The notes below the pieces were generated by a model. That model was not told where the DNA came from. It ran no database searches and saw only the letters and a program-made list of their open reading frames with translations. This document shows, piece after piece, positions 1 through 11,382 of a DNA stretch of 64,000 nucleotides. Within the stretch, counting starts at the first letter, position 1. Each line of letters starts with the position of its first letter. Source of the DNA: a virus; IMG/VR virus record IMGVR_UViG_3300029206_000002; one strand, written 5' to 3'. The position numbers were made by a program, and so were the translations under genes.

Positions 1-1049
1 AACAAAAAGGTTATTCAGATGCAATTAAAGCTGCTATAGAAATACTTAATAATGATAAATTAGTAGGTATGGATTATTTTGGTTTTAATTCTGAAAACAT
101 GCAGAATAATAACTTTACAGAGTTATTTACAGAAATAGCTAGAAATGCTTATAGAAATGATAAAATAGTTAAACCATATCAGTTAAGTAATTATGATAAT
201 AAGTATGGTACTCTAGTTCAAATAAAACCCGAATCTAAGCCAATACCAGCAGTATTTAGTAGTTGGAGAGCTAATCAACCGTTTATTAAGATTCAACTTA
301 ATCCTAATGACATCAATAGTTATATATTGTATCAGAAAGTAGCAACAGTATATCAAACTGATGAAAATGGTGATCCAGTAAAAAATACAAAACAATCTGT
401 ATATAAAATTATACCAGCTTTAGGTACTAAAGATGATAGAAAAGTTTACTATGAATATCAAAAACAATCTGGGGAACAATCTGCATTTGAAGAAAATGCT
501 TTACCTAAAGAAGCTATTTGGAACAATGGACAAATAGAACAATTAGTCTAGAAATTTTTTGAACCTATGACAAATAAAAATCATACCACTTTAGTGTATG
601 AATCTTCAGATGCTATAGTAATTAATACTGTAGAAAAACAAGAAATAGTTAGCTTTGAAGAGCCAGAAGTTACAACAGTAGGTTCAGATTTAGAAGCATC
701 TAATGAAATACATAATACAGAAGATACTTAGTCTTCTACTATTTATGGAGAAGTAGACGAACAAATTTCTACAATAACGGTAGGACAAGATGATTCTGTT
801 ACGTTATCAGATATGCAAGTAGATATGGAAGATGGAACTTAGACTATAATAAGTGACGATGTATTGAATTTTACAGAAATAACTGATGATGTGTTTGGAG
901 AAAGTCCGTACTTTGATTCTATATTAAATGCTGGTATTACTCAGTATGAATAGGTACAAGATATAATTACAGATATGAATACTGGGACTGATACTGTTCA
1001 AGATATGAAATTTAATGATGAAGCTTATAAAAACTGTAAAGGTAAATAA
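1..1049 (+). CDS. late-module protein, 5'-partial (codon phase from nt 3), TAG read as sense
   Basis: Frame 0 is continuous from the window edge through the track ORF 69..551 and on to TAA at 1047-1049. It is interrupted only by in-frame TAG (549, 729, 840, 951). Confidence 0.6.
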
Positions 1050-1051
1050 TT

Positions 1052-4000
1052 ATGATTATATGTCCAAATTTTAGTGATAAGAATGTCCTAAAAGAATTTA
1101 ATGAATTAAAAGAATTGGTAGGCGAAATTGGCGCCTACCATATCTGGAACGAAAACAATGGTAATCCTATTGATTAGACAAAAGATGGTAAGCCATCTAA
1201 GCTATTTTCAGACTTACTGTAGTATTATAATGGAGACAGAGCTGCTGCTATAAAAGGAAGAGCTAAAACCTTTACAGAAACGTTTAGTACGTGGTTTGAA
1301 GGATCTACCGCTATAGATGAAAACGGTGAACCTATTATTACAGAATTTGATGGAGATAGAGTGTTTGTTTCTGATCCAGAATATGATTCTACTAAAGAAT
1401 TAACAGAGTTAGATACATCTAAAATTAAATCTGTTGATAATACTGGTTCTTTTTCCGCTTCTGACAGTAGAATAAAAGGATCAGAGCTAGATGAATCATT
1501 GTAGTATTACTTAACTAATAGTCTAGATGAAAGGTATCAACAAGATGTACAAGAATATATAGAAGCATATAGATAGTATTTTGATAAATATGATTATGCT
1601 ACTAAAGAAAATCTTGAGAAAGAATTGGAAAAAGTAATACAGAAAATACACGATGGTCTTAAAGCTAGATTATATACTCTGAATAAAAAAGATACTAATG
1701 TTACAGATGAATTTAAAGCAGCTTTAACATTACAAATATCTGAATTAGAAAATAGAACAGTAGATAGGATTTAGAACATAACTAACTTTATATATAGTAC
1801 TAAATATGATATACTATCTACTATAAGACAAATCAGAGATGTAGTAAATGGAGTGTAGGATAAAATGACACTAAAGTAGTTGTTAGATCTAAAACAAGAT
1901 TTCTTTAATTTCTATTGTCCAATGTTAGATGAATGTGTTAATACTTTATCTGCTACAGAGGAATATAAATATATAGTTGGAGAAAATCTATATAGAAATT
2001 TATTAAAGGAAGCAAAAAGAATGCAGACTATTCTAAATGTAGGAGCTAACAATGTTAATAACATGATTACTAAGTAGTCTGCTGAAGAAATTAGAAGAAT
2101 TGGTATATCTGTTAATAGTCCAACTATAGAAAATTATATATAGGAACATCAAGAAACAGTAGGTAAAGATATATTAGCTATTACCGCTTGGGTAGGAGCT
2201 GGAGATAAAATTAATGACGAAGCTATTAGAGCTTTATTTCATATAACTCAAAATGCAGAATTTGAAGTTAATAGAGCTACTTACGAAAAGTATAATAAAC
2301 TAACAGAACTGTTAAAAAAAGCTGGTACTTTTAATCAAAAAAAATTAGTAGAGCTTGATGAAAATGGTTTACCTACTGGATATCTAGTCAGAAAAAGAAA
2401 CTATGGTAGATTTAATAATGACTATAAACAATTCTTAAAGTAGCTCAGAAGTGATTTAGGCATGTTAGATGTAGATGATTTACGTTCTGTAAATCCCACT
2501 ATACGTACAGAGTATAATAAAAGAAAAAACAAATGGTTATCAGAACATTGTGAAAGAAAATATACTCCTGAATACTATGAACTATTTAACAATCTATCGC
2601 CTTTAGCCGCTGATGCTAGAGAATTAGTACAAATCAAAATACACAAACTACTAGATACTGTAAAAGACGCTAATGGATTCTATGACACAAGTAAGTTATC
2701 AGAAGAAAATCAAAGTAAACTAAAGGATTTATATTTAGAAAAAAAATAGTTAGCTAGTATATATGGTATAGATGGAAAATTAAAACAAGGTGAAGAATAT
2801 GAAATAGCTGTAGAACTAGCTGCATTAAATGATAAGTTGTCTAAAGGTATGGTTTTAAAATCAAATAAAGCATTATTTGATAAAATCAAGGCTGAAAAAA
2901 AAGCAAATTTATCTGAAGCTCAGTATCAAAGATGGTTATAGTATAATTCTAGAGATGAATATACTCAAGAATTCTATGATGATCTTGCTAAAGTAGAAAG
3001 ATCTGAAATAAACAATGAATCAGATAAAAAGCTATATGAATAGTTGCAAGAAAGAAAAAGAGCTATACTTAAACAATTTAGAGATGATAAGACACATGAA
3101 ATTGAAAAGTTAATACCAGGAGTTGCTCAAGCTGAATTAGATAAAATAGATGTAGATTTATATAGGATAAGAAAAAGAAACGGTAAAAAGAAAACTACTG
3201 GATTAAAATTTAACGATATAGCTAAAGTGATACCGTCTAAGCTGTTCTATAAACTTAGAGCTGATGCCATTGCTAATGGAACTTTAGCAGAATTTGAAAT
3301 GACACATTGTAATAGAGATAGTCAAGGTAATATATATCCTAAATCTTATCTTACAACAGTTGTTCCAGTGAAAGAAAAATATATACTTAAAGAACAGCCA
3401 TCTATTTACTTTTCAGAGGTAGATTAGAATTCTCCATTTGTTAATAAGAACTACAAACCAGAAGTTGAAGACTAGGGAGAATACTATTTGCCTAAATTAG
3501 AACTATACGATAATTCAGAAGCATTTAATAAAGTATCTTCAAATGAAGATTTACATGAATTATACAAAGAATGTGTGAATACTCTTAAAGAATCAAATAG
3601 CAAACTTACTAATCTTACTAATTTAAGTTCATATAGATTGCCACAAATATCAGGTTCTATGTGGAGATATGTTAGAGCTAGAGGTTTTGAAGGTTTTAAA
3701 GAATATTGGAAAGATAAAGTATCTACTAGAAATGATGATACTGGTTTAAATGATGAAGTAGTAGATACTGGTACAGATAAATTATATTTTGTTCCACAGA
3801 ATTATGTTAAAAGTCTGGATGATCCTTCTACTATTACAGCTAATACTGTTGGCTCTATAGTAGAGTATTTTAAAATGGCTGAAAACTTTAGAATAAAAAG
3901 TGAACTCAAACCTAAAACAGAAGCTATCCTACAATTTATAGGTAATCGAGACGTCAAAAGTAAGTACAGAGGAAGGAGTAAAAAAGGGCAGGAATCTAAT

Positions 4001-5458
4001 ATATATAAGTTTGCTAAAAGTTTCGTAGAGATGAATATATATGACATTAAGACTAAATCTGCTATATGGGATATCAAAGAAAGAGATTATTCTATACTAG
4101 GATTTAAAGGTCATATAAAACCTAGAAAAGTTAATTTTACTAAATTAATGCTAGGTTTAAAAGCATTAGGAACTACTGTAAATCTAGGTTTAAACATTAT
4201 ATGTGCTACTACGGGTTTTTTTACAGCAGTCTATAATGATATAATTAATTCGCTTTCTGGTAGATATTATAGTTTTAGTGATAGTCTTAATGGTGCTAAA
4301 GCATTAATTGTAGACTTATTTAAAAACAATTTTAGTTTACTTAGTGATTATCATAATAGTACATAGATGAAGCTAATGGAATATTTTCAAGTAGGTGCTG
4401 AAATAAAAACAGATAGACTTAATCTATCTACTTTTCAAAAACAAATAGCTAGAAACTGGGCTTTTGGAGTATACTCTTTAAGTGATTATGTCGTAAAGGG
4501 TCATATACTAAATTCTGTTATGTACAACTATAGATACGTAAATGGAGAGTTTCTTAATAGCGAAGAATTTAAACGTAAATATAGTAACGACGAAGTAATG
4601 TTAAATCAATGGAATACATTTAGATCCTCTAGAGATTTAGTAGAGTATAAAAATGGAAATATCGTAACCAAAGACCCTGCTTATCAAAAAGCCTGGGATG
4701 CTAAAAAAGAAACCATTGGTAACACTGCTAGAAATTTAGCTCAATCTGCTGATGGTTAGCTTACTCCACTATAGAAAACTATGTTAAGTAGTAATATTAT
4801 AGGAAGTTTAGTAATGATGCATAGACAGTTTATGCCTATTATACTTCAAGAAAGATGGGTATAGAATAGACAATGGGATTATAGTTCTCAAAGATATAAA
4901 GAGGCTTTGTTTAGAGTTCCTTTTAGTATTATTTCTGCAATAAGAAGAGATACTAGGAATATTAGTTTATGGTAGAAGTATATGTAGAATTCTACATACG
5001 ATTAGCGTAGAGTAATAAGACAATTATCTTTAGAACTAATAGGTGTACATATATTGCATTTCTTCTTAATGCCAATAGCAAAGGCTTGGGCAGATGATGA
5101 TAAAGATAATATATTAAAACAATTATTAGCTTTTGCTTTAGTAAGAACAGATTTTGAAACTATGATGTCTTCTACCCCTTGGGCAATCCAAGACGCTATC
5201 TCAACTATCAAAACTCCATTCCCTATTTATAGTTATTATGATAACTTTTCTGGATTAATTTCTACTGTACCAGCATGGGTACATAATCTGATTAATAATG
5301 AAGATAAAAAAATAGATAGAGGCGCTTATAAAGGTTTTTCTCCTACTTTTAAATTTGGAATGAAAATAACTCCGTTTAAAAATATATGGGAATTATAGGA
5401 TATACCTTCTAAAAGAAGATATTACGAAACTCAAATTGCAAATAGAGATTCTGATTAA
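1052..5458 (+). CDS. giant late protein (~1468 aa), TAG read as sense; probable virion/tail component
   Basis: ATG at 1052 follows the TAA at 1049. One frame (pos mod 3 = 2) links track ORFs 1880, 2462, 3044, 3488, 4367 and 5054. All internal stops are TAG, and the gene ends at TAA 5456-5458. Confidence 0.65.
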
Positions 5459-5461
5459 TGT

Positions 5462-5488
5462 AAAAGGCTGGATTATTTCCAGCCTTTT
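5462..5488. terminator. bidirectional rho-independent terminator between convergent late (+) and early (-) modules
   Basis: aaaaGGCTGGAttatTTCCAGCCtttt: a perfect 7-bp GC-rich stem flanked by A-run and T-run, between gene ends at 5458 (+) and 5493 (-). Confidence 0.7.
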
Positions 5489-5492
5489 ATTT

Positions 5493-5930
5493 TTAACAAG
5501 TACAAGTATAATCAGAGCAAAAGTCATTTGACTTAAGCAAATCATCAAATTGATCTAAGTAGTCTTTCCAAATAACAACTAAATCTTTTACATCTAAATA
5601 ACTATCAGTAAATCTACCTTTTTTACAGAATTCTAATTCTTGTATTTTATCTTTACTAACTTTAAATGAAAAGACAATATAAGATTGTTTATTTATAGTA
5701 TAAGGAAACCAGTTATAATATGTTTTATTACAACTGATTTCCTCTATTTTTTTAGATAGTTCATAATGACTACTAAACTTATAAACTAAATATAATTTTC
5801 CTTCAGAATTGTCTCCTTTTAAATTTGTATACATATTTACAAATGCTGGACAATCAAAGTAAGATATCTTCGCTTCTATAAAATCACTTAAAAATATTAA
5901 GCATTTATTATAGTTTTTCAACACCATCAC
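5493..5930 (-). CDS. hypothetical protein
   Basis: 145-aa ORF in the standard code that overlaps the upstream gene by 23 nt. Confidence 0.5.
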   Translation of the reverse strand: MMVLKNYNKCLIFLSDFIEAKISYFDCPAFVNMYTNLKGDNSEGKLYLVYKFSSHYELSKKIEEISCNKTYYNWFPYTINKQSYIVFSFKVSKDKIQELEFCKKGRFTDSYLDVKDLVVIWKDYLDQFDDLLKSNDFCSDYTCTC

Positions 5931-6915
5931 CTTCGTAGTATTCTACTGAGTGATCCCATTGATCTGTACTGATATGATATGAAATTTTCTGTAAAGAATT
6001 GTTAATTAAATCAATTTTCTCACTGAGTATTTTATCATTTTTCATGTTAAACACTCTAATTTGATTTTCAGAATCTTTACCTATAGCAATAATATATGCT
6101 TCAAAATCATATTCTTCAGAATTAAGATTTAATATCTCTTGCATATACCATTGAATTGCTAATCCATAATAAGCAATTTGCCTATAATAATCGTATTCTT
6201 CTACTGAATGTGCAAAATCATAGACATTTACAGTAGTCTTTAAGTCAATTAGAATTATCTTCTTATTAACATGATCAAAACATACTCTATCTAGTAAAGA
6301 TTTACATTTAATATTATTGATTCTATTAACTTGCCAGTTAATATGAAATTCATTATGAGTTTCAAAAGTAGATGGTAAATTAAAAAGCAATTCATTTGCT
6401 TTCTTATGATTCTGAATATTTTCCTTAATCTTCTTAAGCATTTGTAAATCAGCAAAGCTAATTATCTTCTTATTATCATCTTTCTTACTCAAGTATTCTA
6501 AGTAATCTTGATAAATCATAATAAGACCTTCAGCTTCTTCAATACATTTCTCATCAGATTTCTTATTACTATAAGCTTTTTTATAAGCAGATAGTTTAAG
6601 CTTATCTTGAGATTCTAATGGATTTACTTGCATAAGTCTATGATACTCATCTAATAAATCCTTTTGCTGTTTTACTTTAGGTGTTGCAAAATCAAGAATA
6701 ATATAATCTTTCCAGAATTCGTCTGGTTGAAGTAAATATTCATGAATCATAGTTCCTTTTTCAAGAAAAGAAAAGTTCATTCCCTCTTCTTTTCCATCAA
6801 GCATATCACGAAAATACCTAGGACCTCTTTTAATAAACCATCCTATTGCAGAATTACTTACTCTGCTATTATCTTCGTAATAAGGAATACTAATATCCAT
6901 CTTATTCTTTAACAT
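5908..6915 (-). CDS. PD-(D/E)xK family nuclease (RecB/Cas4/YqaJ-like)
   Basis: Motifs ETH..DRVCFD..IILIDLKT (D...ExK-like core) and YYRQIAYY (the QxxxY motif of RecB-type nucleases). Confidence 0.5.
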   Translation of the reverse strand: MLKNKMDISIPYYEDNSRVSNSAIGWFIKRGPRYFRDMLDGKEEGMNFSFLEKGTMIHEYLLQPDEFWKDYIILDFATPKVKQQKDLLDEYHRLMQVNPLESQDKLKLSAYKKAYSNKKSDEKCIEEAEGLIMIYQDYLEYLSKKDDNKKIISFADLQMLKKIKENIQNHKKANELLFNLPSTFETHNEFHINWQVNRINNIKCKSLLDRVCFDHVNKKIILIDLKTTVNVYDFAHSVEEYDYYRQIAYYGLAIQWYMQEILNLNSEEYDFEAYIIAIGKDSENQIRVFNMKNDKILSEKIDLINNSLQKISYHISTDQWDHSVEYYEGDGVEKL

Positions 6916-7035
6916 ACTCTATAATTACTTTTTCTTCTATAGCTTGTATTTCTATAGTATCATCAATAACATTATTGAACATTGCTTCAATCACAATACG
7001 TTCATTATCTGTAACAATTCCTTCTACTTTCATAT

Positions 7036-7851
7036 TTAATCCTCCATGTCGCTAATTACAGCTGACTCAGGAACTTCTGCCGAAGTATCCCAAACTACTT
7101 CATCTTCTTTATCTTGTTGTAGTTCAACTTCTTTAAATGTCTTAAGCCAATCTGCTACATTATTATTGTATGCTTGACTAATAAGTTTATCTAAGAATGC
7201 TTGTTCTACTTGTTTCTTTTCTTTTTCTGTCATAATATCTAATACTACAAATTCATAATTCTTTTTAAAACTATAACAATTATTCAATCTAGAACAATTG
7301 TATCTTCCAGAATTTACATCACTAGATCCATCATGCCAATGCCCATATAAATGATATTTACTCTTTCCAAAGGAGAAAACATCTAGAGCTTCATTACAAA
7401 ATGGATTATCATGTGTTAGTAGTATATCACACTGTGGTATATCTTCATAAGTATCAAATCTACTAAATGCCCATCTGTCCTCTTGAAATTCAATTGGTTT
7501 AATCCAAGGAGATCCGTAGAATTTAATACCTTCATATATATACATTTCATCTATAAGAAATACTAATTTGCCTTTAGATAAAACTTGCATATAATCTTTA
7601 AAAGAATTCCATTCATTTAATTTATACTTATATTCTAAGTAAAAATCATGATTACCTGGTATGACAACTACCTTCTTACAAGGTAATTTATCTATCCATT
7701 TTATGAATTTTGTTTCCCACCAATGTTTAGATGCTTCAATATTTCTTTGAGCATTTAATGTTACTATATCACCACATATACATAGTACATCACACTCGGG
7801 TATATTCTCAATGAGATTACCATGTATATCACTTATACCGCATATTTTCAT
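7036..7851 (-). CDS. calcineurin-like metallophosphoesterase
   Basis: GISDIHG (GDxHG), CGDIV (GDxxD), IPGNHDF (GNHD/E), THDNP and GHWHDG motifs. Confidence 0.7.
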   Translation of the reverse strand: MKICGISDIHGNLIENIPECDVLCICGDIVTLNAQRNIEASKHWWETKFIKWIDKLPCKKVVVIPGNHDFYLEYKYKLNEWNSFKDYMQVLSKGKLVFLIDEMYIYEGIKFYGSPWIKPIEFQEDRWAFSRFDTYEDIPQCDILLTHDNPFCNEALDVFSFGKSKYHLYGHWHDGSSDVNSGRYNCSRLNNCYSFKKNYEFVVLDIMTEKEKKQVEQAFLDKLISQAYNNNVADWLKTFKEVELQQDKEDEVVWDTSAEVPESAVISDMED

Positions 7852-7867
7852 GTTTATATAAGTTAAA

Positions 7868-7888
7868 AGGCTAGAATATATCTAGCCT
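7868..7888 (-). terminator. hairpin terminator downstream of the AAA ATPase gene
   Basis: AGGCTAGaatatatCTAGCCT followed on the minus strand by a T-rich tract. Confidence 0.45.
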
Positions 7889-7897
7889 TATTTGTTC

Positions 7898-8776
7898 TCA
7901 CGCTGCATTACAACATTCACAATCGTCATATACATCATTACATTCGTCACAGTCATCACATTCATCATCGTATTCTACAGTATCACTAACTTTAGTTGGT
8001 ATGTTTTCAGTAGAGATATTCATAATGTTTATAATTTCCTGAAGGCTAATGTCTTCATCTTCTAGCATTTTGACTTCACTCATGAAAGAAACAATGTTAT
8101 CCATAGAAAGCAGTTTAATATTTTCTTTACAGAATTTTACCACTTCTTCTTTGTTCTTAATACCAAAATCATCAGCTATCATAGGTAAGAATGCAGCATT
8201 TTCATCAGGAGAATATCGACGTAAATAACGAACACGTGAACAACGATCTTGCATATACTGACTAACTTGGCTTAAGTCATTGCAAGTCATAATTACTAGT
8301 TTCTGTGCAGTCTTTTCAACTCCATCTAAGAAATCTAGCATATACTCAGTTTTGAAGTTCTTTTCAACTTCGTCAAACAAAACACATACTGGAGTAGTAA
8401 AGGACTTAAAAAACTTAATAAGTTTACCTTCTGGATAATCAGGATTAACTACAATAATAGGTAAACCTGATTCTTTAGCTAATATTTTTGCCATTACAGT
8501 CTTACCTGTACCTTTAGTACCAGCTAGCATTACACCAGTAGTATTTGTATTTGCTTTATTAAAATAGGTTATAATACGCTTCTTAAATACGTCATCAGTT
8601 TTAGTAGAATAGATTTTCTTTGGTAGATTTAATTCACCATTCTCCTTAAATATAGGTGAATCTTCCCATCTATTCCAACTCAGATCATATACTTTACCAG
8701 GTATCAAATCATAATCAGCACCTTTAGGTTTTGCAATTATCTGTTCTCCTATTTTAATAAATTCATTCTTTGCCAT
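7898..8776 (-). CDS. AAA+ ATPase with Cys/Asp-rich C-terminus
   Basis: Walker A GTKGTGKT, Walker B VLFDEVEK and sensor-1-like MTCND. The C-terminal tail is ECDDCDECNDVYDDCECC. Confidence 0.6.
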   Translation of the reverse strand: MAKNEFIKIGEQIIAKPKGADYDLIPGKVYDLSWNRWEDSPIFKENGELNLPKKIYSTKTDDVFKKRIITYFNKANTNTTGVMLAGTKGTGKTVMAKILAKESGLPIIVVNPDYPEGKLIKFFKSFTTPVCVLFDEVEKNFKTEYMLDFLDGVEKTAQKLVIMTCNDLSQVSQYMQDRCSRVRYLRRYSPDENAAFLPMIADDFGIKNKEEVVKFCKENIKLLSMDNIVSFMSEVKMLEDEDISLQEIINIMNISTENIPTKVSDTVEYDDECDDCDECNDVYDDCECCNAA

Positions 8777-9133
8777 AATCTGAAAATTTAAGATTTTAAT
8801 TTGTTGATTAATTCATCAACTTGTTTTTTATTCTTTACTAAGTAAAACTTAGTATCTGGTTCATTCAAGCTTAAATAATACTTGAATAGTTTTTCTCTGT
8901 TTGCCCAAGAATCTGTAGCAAATCCTTTGCATTCTATAACAAAACCATCTCCTACAAAATCTGGTAAATAAGTAATAGCTCTAACTGTAGAGTTATTATA
9001 TATAAACTTAGGAAGTAAAGTATATCTATGCTGTTCATATTCAGCTGATATACCTGCTTCCTTTAGTTTCTAATATGTATAAGCTTCTAATTTAGATCGA
9101 AATACTATTCCATCTATTTCTTGTTTAGTAGCA

Positions 9134-9472
9134 TTACGCACTTTCTTGTTTAAGACTTGTTTTAGCATAATTAATATAATGTTGCATACTATCACTAGTT
9201 ATTTTAAACGTTTCAATTCTTTCAGAAAAATTACCATTTTCATCTGTAAATCCTACTGAATGTAAGAAAGAATAATCTTTATTATGTTTAAAAGCTTTAA
9301 ACATTTCTTTAATTGAATTTACTATAAACTTACGTTTTTTATTCCATTCAGTAAATTCTCCATGCAACAATACACTCACTAATTTGATTGGAATTAATAA
9401 TAACTTTCCAAGTATTAGAGCTAAATCAAAAGGTAATGCTATTACTTTACCTATAGTTTTTAATAGTTTCAT
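9134..9472 (-). CDS. hypothetical membrane-associated protein
   Basis: 112-aa ORF with a hydrophobic segment. Confidence 0.4.
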   Translation of the reverse strand: MKLLKTIGKVIALPFDLALILGKLLLIPIKLVSVLLHGEFTEWNKKRKFIVNSIKEMFKAFKHNKDYSFLHSVGFTDENGNFSERIETFKITSDSMQHYINYAKTSLKQESA

Positions 9473-10427
9473 TTAACCAATTTTTTATTTCTTCAAAGCT
9501 ATTTGCTTTAACAGCATCAGATACATCTTTAGCTTTGAATTTTTTGTTAATAAACATTGCTTCTAAGCCTGTTTCTCGGCTTAATTTGCGACTTCTTTTT
9601 ACTCCAGCTACATCTCTATCAAAAAGTATTATAATACGCTTAAAACGCGTCTTAAGTTGCTCTAATACGTCTTTAGGTAGAAATGTACTCTCTGAAGATG
9701 GAGAAACTGCTGGTATACCCATCTCATGCAAACACATAACATCTTTCATGGACTTTGTGATAAATAATATATCACCTTTCTGAGGCAACTGCTCATAGCC
9801 TTGGATATCATAGTCTGTAAGATTGTTTCTCCATTTAGTATATTTATCTGCTAATGGTCTATATATCTTAAAGTTATTATAGACCTTATATGCATACATT
9901 GGATTTTCTCGTTTATAAGTACCCTTTACTATGCCATTACATAAATAATATTTAATACTATTTACATTGAATTTCTTTAGAGTATTTATAGAAATATTGA
10001 ACTGTTTCCAGTAATTGATATCTACATCAGTAAATTCTTGACGTACTACACCAATTACTGTTTCAGTTGGCGGTATATATTGCTTAGAGCTAACGAGTTT
10101 AGTGTTATTAGTAATGTTTAACTTATCTACTATATCAGATAGTATATCATTATATTCTGTCTTACCAGTAAATAATGATACAAATTTAATTACATTACCA
10201 CATTCACCTGTTCCATGATCTTTAAAAAGTAGTTGTTTAGTACGTTTACTATAGTAAATACCAAAGGATGGATTTTTATCCTTCCTAAATGGACTATTGT
10301 ATATCATACCTACTTTAAATTGACCTATATATTTTGCATATATATCATATTCTGTTACTTTAGAAAGTATCCAATCTAGAGTAATGTTATCTGGGAGTTT
10401 TGCTCGCTTTCTACTATACATATGCAA
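9447..10427 (-). CDS. DNA primase, DnaG-like (zinc-binding-like N-terminus + TOPRIM)
   Basis: SPFRKDKNPSF and GTGECGNVIKFV resemble the DnaG zinc-binding-domain motifs. IILFDRDVAG is a TOPRIM DxD motif. Confidence 0.65.
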   Translation of the reverse strand: MHMYSRKRAKLPDNITLDWILSKVTEYDIYAKYIGQFKVGMIYNSPFRKDKNPSFGIYYSKRTKQLLFKDHGTGECGNVIKFVSLFTGKTEYNDILSDIVDKLNITNNTKLVSSKQYIPPTETVIGVVRQEFTDVDINYWKQFNISINTLKKFNVNSIKYYLCNGIVKGTYKRENPMYAYKVYNNFKIYRPLADKYTKWRNNLTDYDIQGYEQLPQKGDILFITKSMKDVMCLHEMGIPAVSPSSESTFLPKDVLEQLKTRFKRIIILFDRDVAGVKRSRKLSRETGLEAMFINKKFKAKDVSDAVKANSFEEIKNWLNETIKNYR

Positions 10428-10440
10428 TCTGTTTTAGTTT

Positions 10441-10480
10441 GCTACTAGTCGTGGAATCGAACCACGCCTATCCAGAGATA
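10441..10480 (-). other. tRNA 3'-half-like element (T-arm plus acceptor 3' strand), no recognisable 5' half
   Basis: The minus strand reads GGCGTGG-TTCGATT-CCACG-ACTAGTA-G, a canonical T-arm. No D-arm, anticodon-arm or matching acceptor 5' strand could be found upstream. Confidence 0.3.
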
Positions 10481-10584
10481 GATTTTTATTTCTGCTGTGC
10501 AGGCTCACGCTTCCATAAATTATCTAATATCCTTAAATTGATAGTGCCATATAGGATTGTAACAGATCCTCCTAGTAGTTGAAA

Positions 10585-11382
10585 CTATTCTTCTTTATTA
10601 AATAGTTTCGATATTCTCTTTATAGTTCGTTCTGCATCTTCATCAGTTAAAGCTTCACCTGTCTGAATGTAGATATCAGAAGTTGTTTCTTTCTTCATTG
10701 GTCTAACTGAATGTCCGTATCCCCAATTCATTTTAAATTTAGCATTCCAGAATTTAAACATCCAGTATCTAAAGAACCAAGGAGATATTGCTGTAAGTAT
10801 TTGTCCTTTGATTAAAGGATCTTCAAACTTTTTAATTATAACTTCAACTCCAAGAAATCCTATAGGTTCTCCGTTAAAATAACCAGGATCTTCATTATCT
10901 GCATATGCAGATATTTGAACACGATATCCTTGGGATTCTAGCATATCTATTATTCTCATAGCAGTATATGCACGAATCATAAGATTTTTAGCTGAACACC
11001 AGCAATTCTCACATATAGAAATATGAAGTTTAACGAACTTACCAGTACCTATACCATGTGTAGGTATTCTTTTCTTTAGGCAAGGTAGACCTTCTATGTA
11101 CCGATCAAAGTTCATATCATCTCCATCAGAATCATCGTACTTATATTTATGTTTACGACCTCCTAGATTTATATCCTTTTCTATTTTCTTTAGATTATCT
11201 AAACCTTTGGTATAACTATATTTAGAATCATGTATTTCTGCTGTAGATAATCCTCTAAAACCAGGGTCATCGTGATTTTCAATATTATCTATTTCAGCAG
11301 GATTACCTCCTTCAATATTGTCACATTCTCTGTAAAATTCATCTAATGAATTTATATTAATGTTTAAATTCAGTTTTTTCAT
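10585..11382 (-). CDS. hypothetical protein (terminates with TAG)
   Basis: 265-aa ORF whose stop codon is TAG at 10585-10587. Confidence 0.5.
   Translation of the reverse strand: MKKLNLNININSLDEFYRECDNIEGGNPAEIDNIENHDDPGFRGLSTAEIHDSKYSYTKGLDNLKKIEKDINLGGRKHKYKYDDSDGDDMNFDRYIEGLPCLKKRIPTHGIGTGKFVKLHISICENCWCSAKNLMIRAYTAMRIIDMLESQGYRVQISAYADNEDPGYFNGEPIGFLGVEVIIKKFEDPLIKGQILTAISPWFFRYWMFKFWNAKFKMNWGYGHSVRPMKKETTSDIYIQTGEALTDEDAERTIKRISKLFNKEE

Noticed and set aside
69-551. Track ORF treated as a complete 160-aa gene starting at ATG 69
   Set aside because: The frame is open from the window edge and continues through the TAG at 549 to TAA 1047, so this is a fragment of a larger TAG-recoded gene and not an independent ORF.
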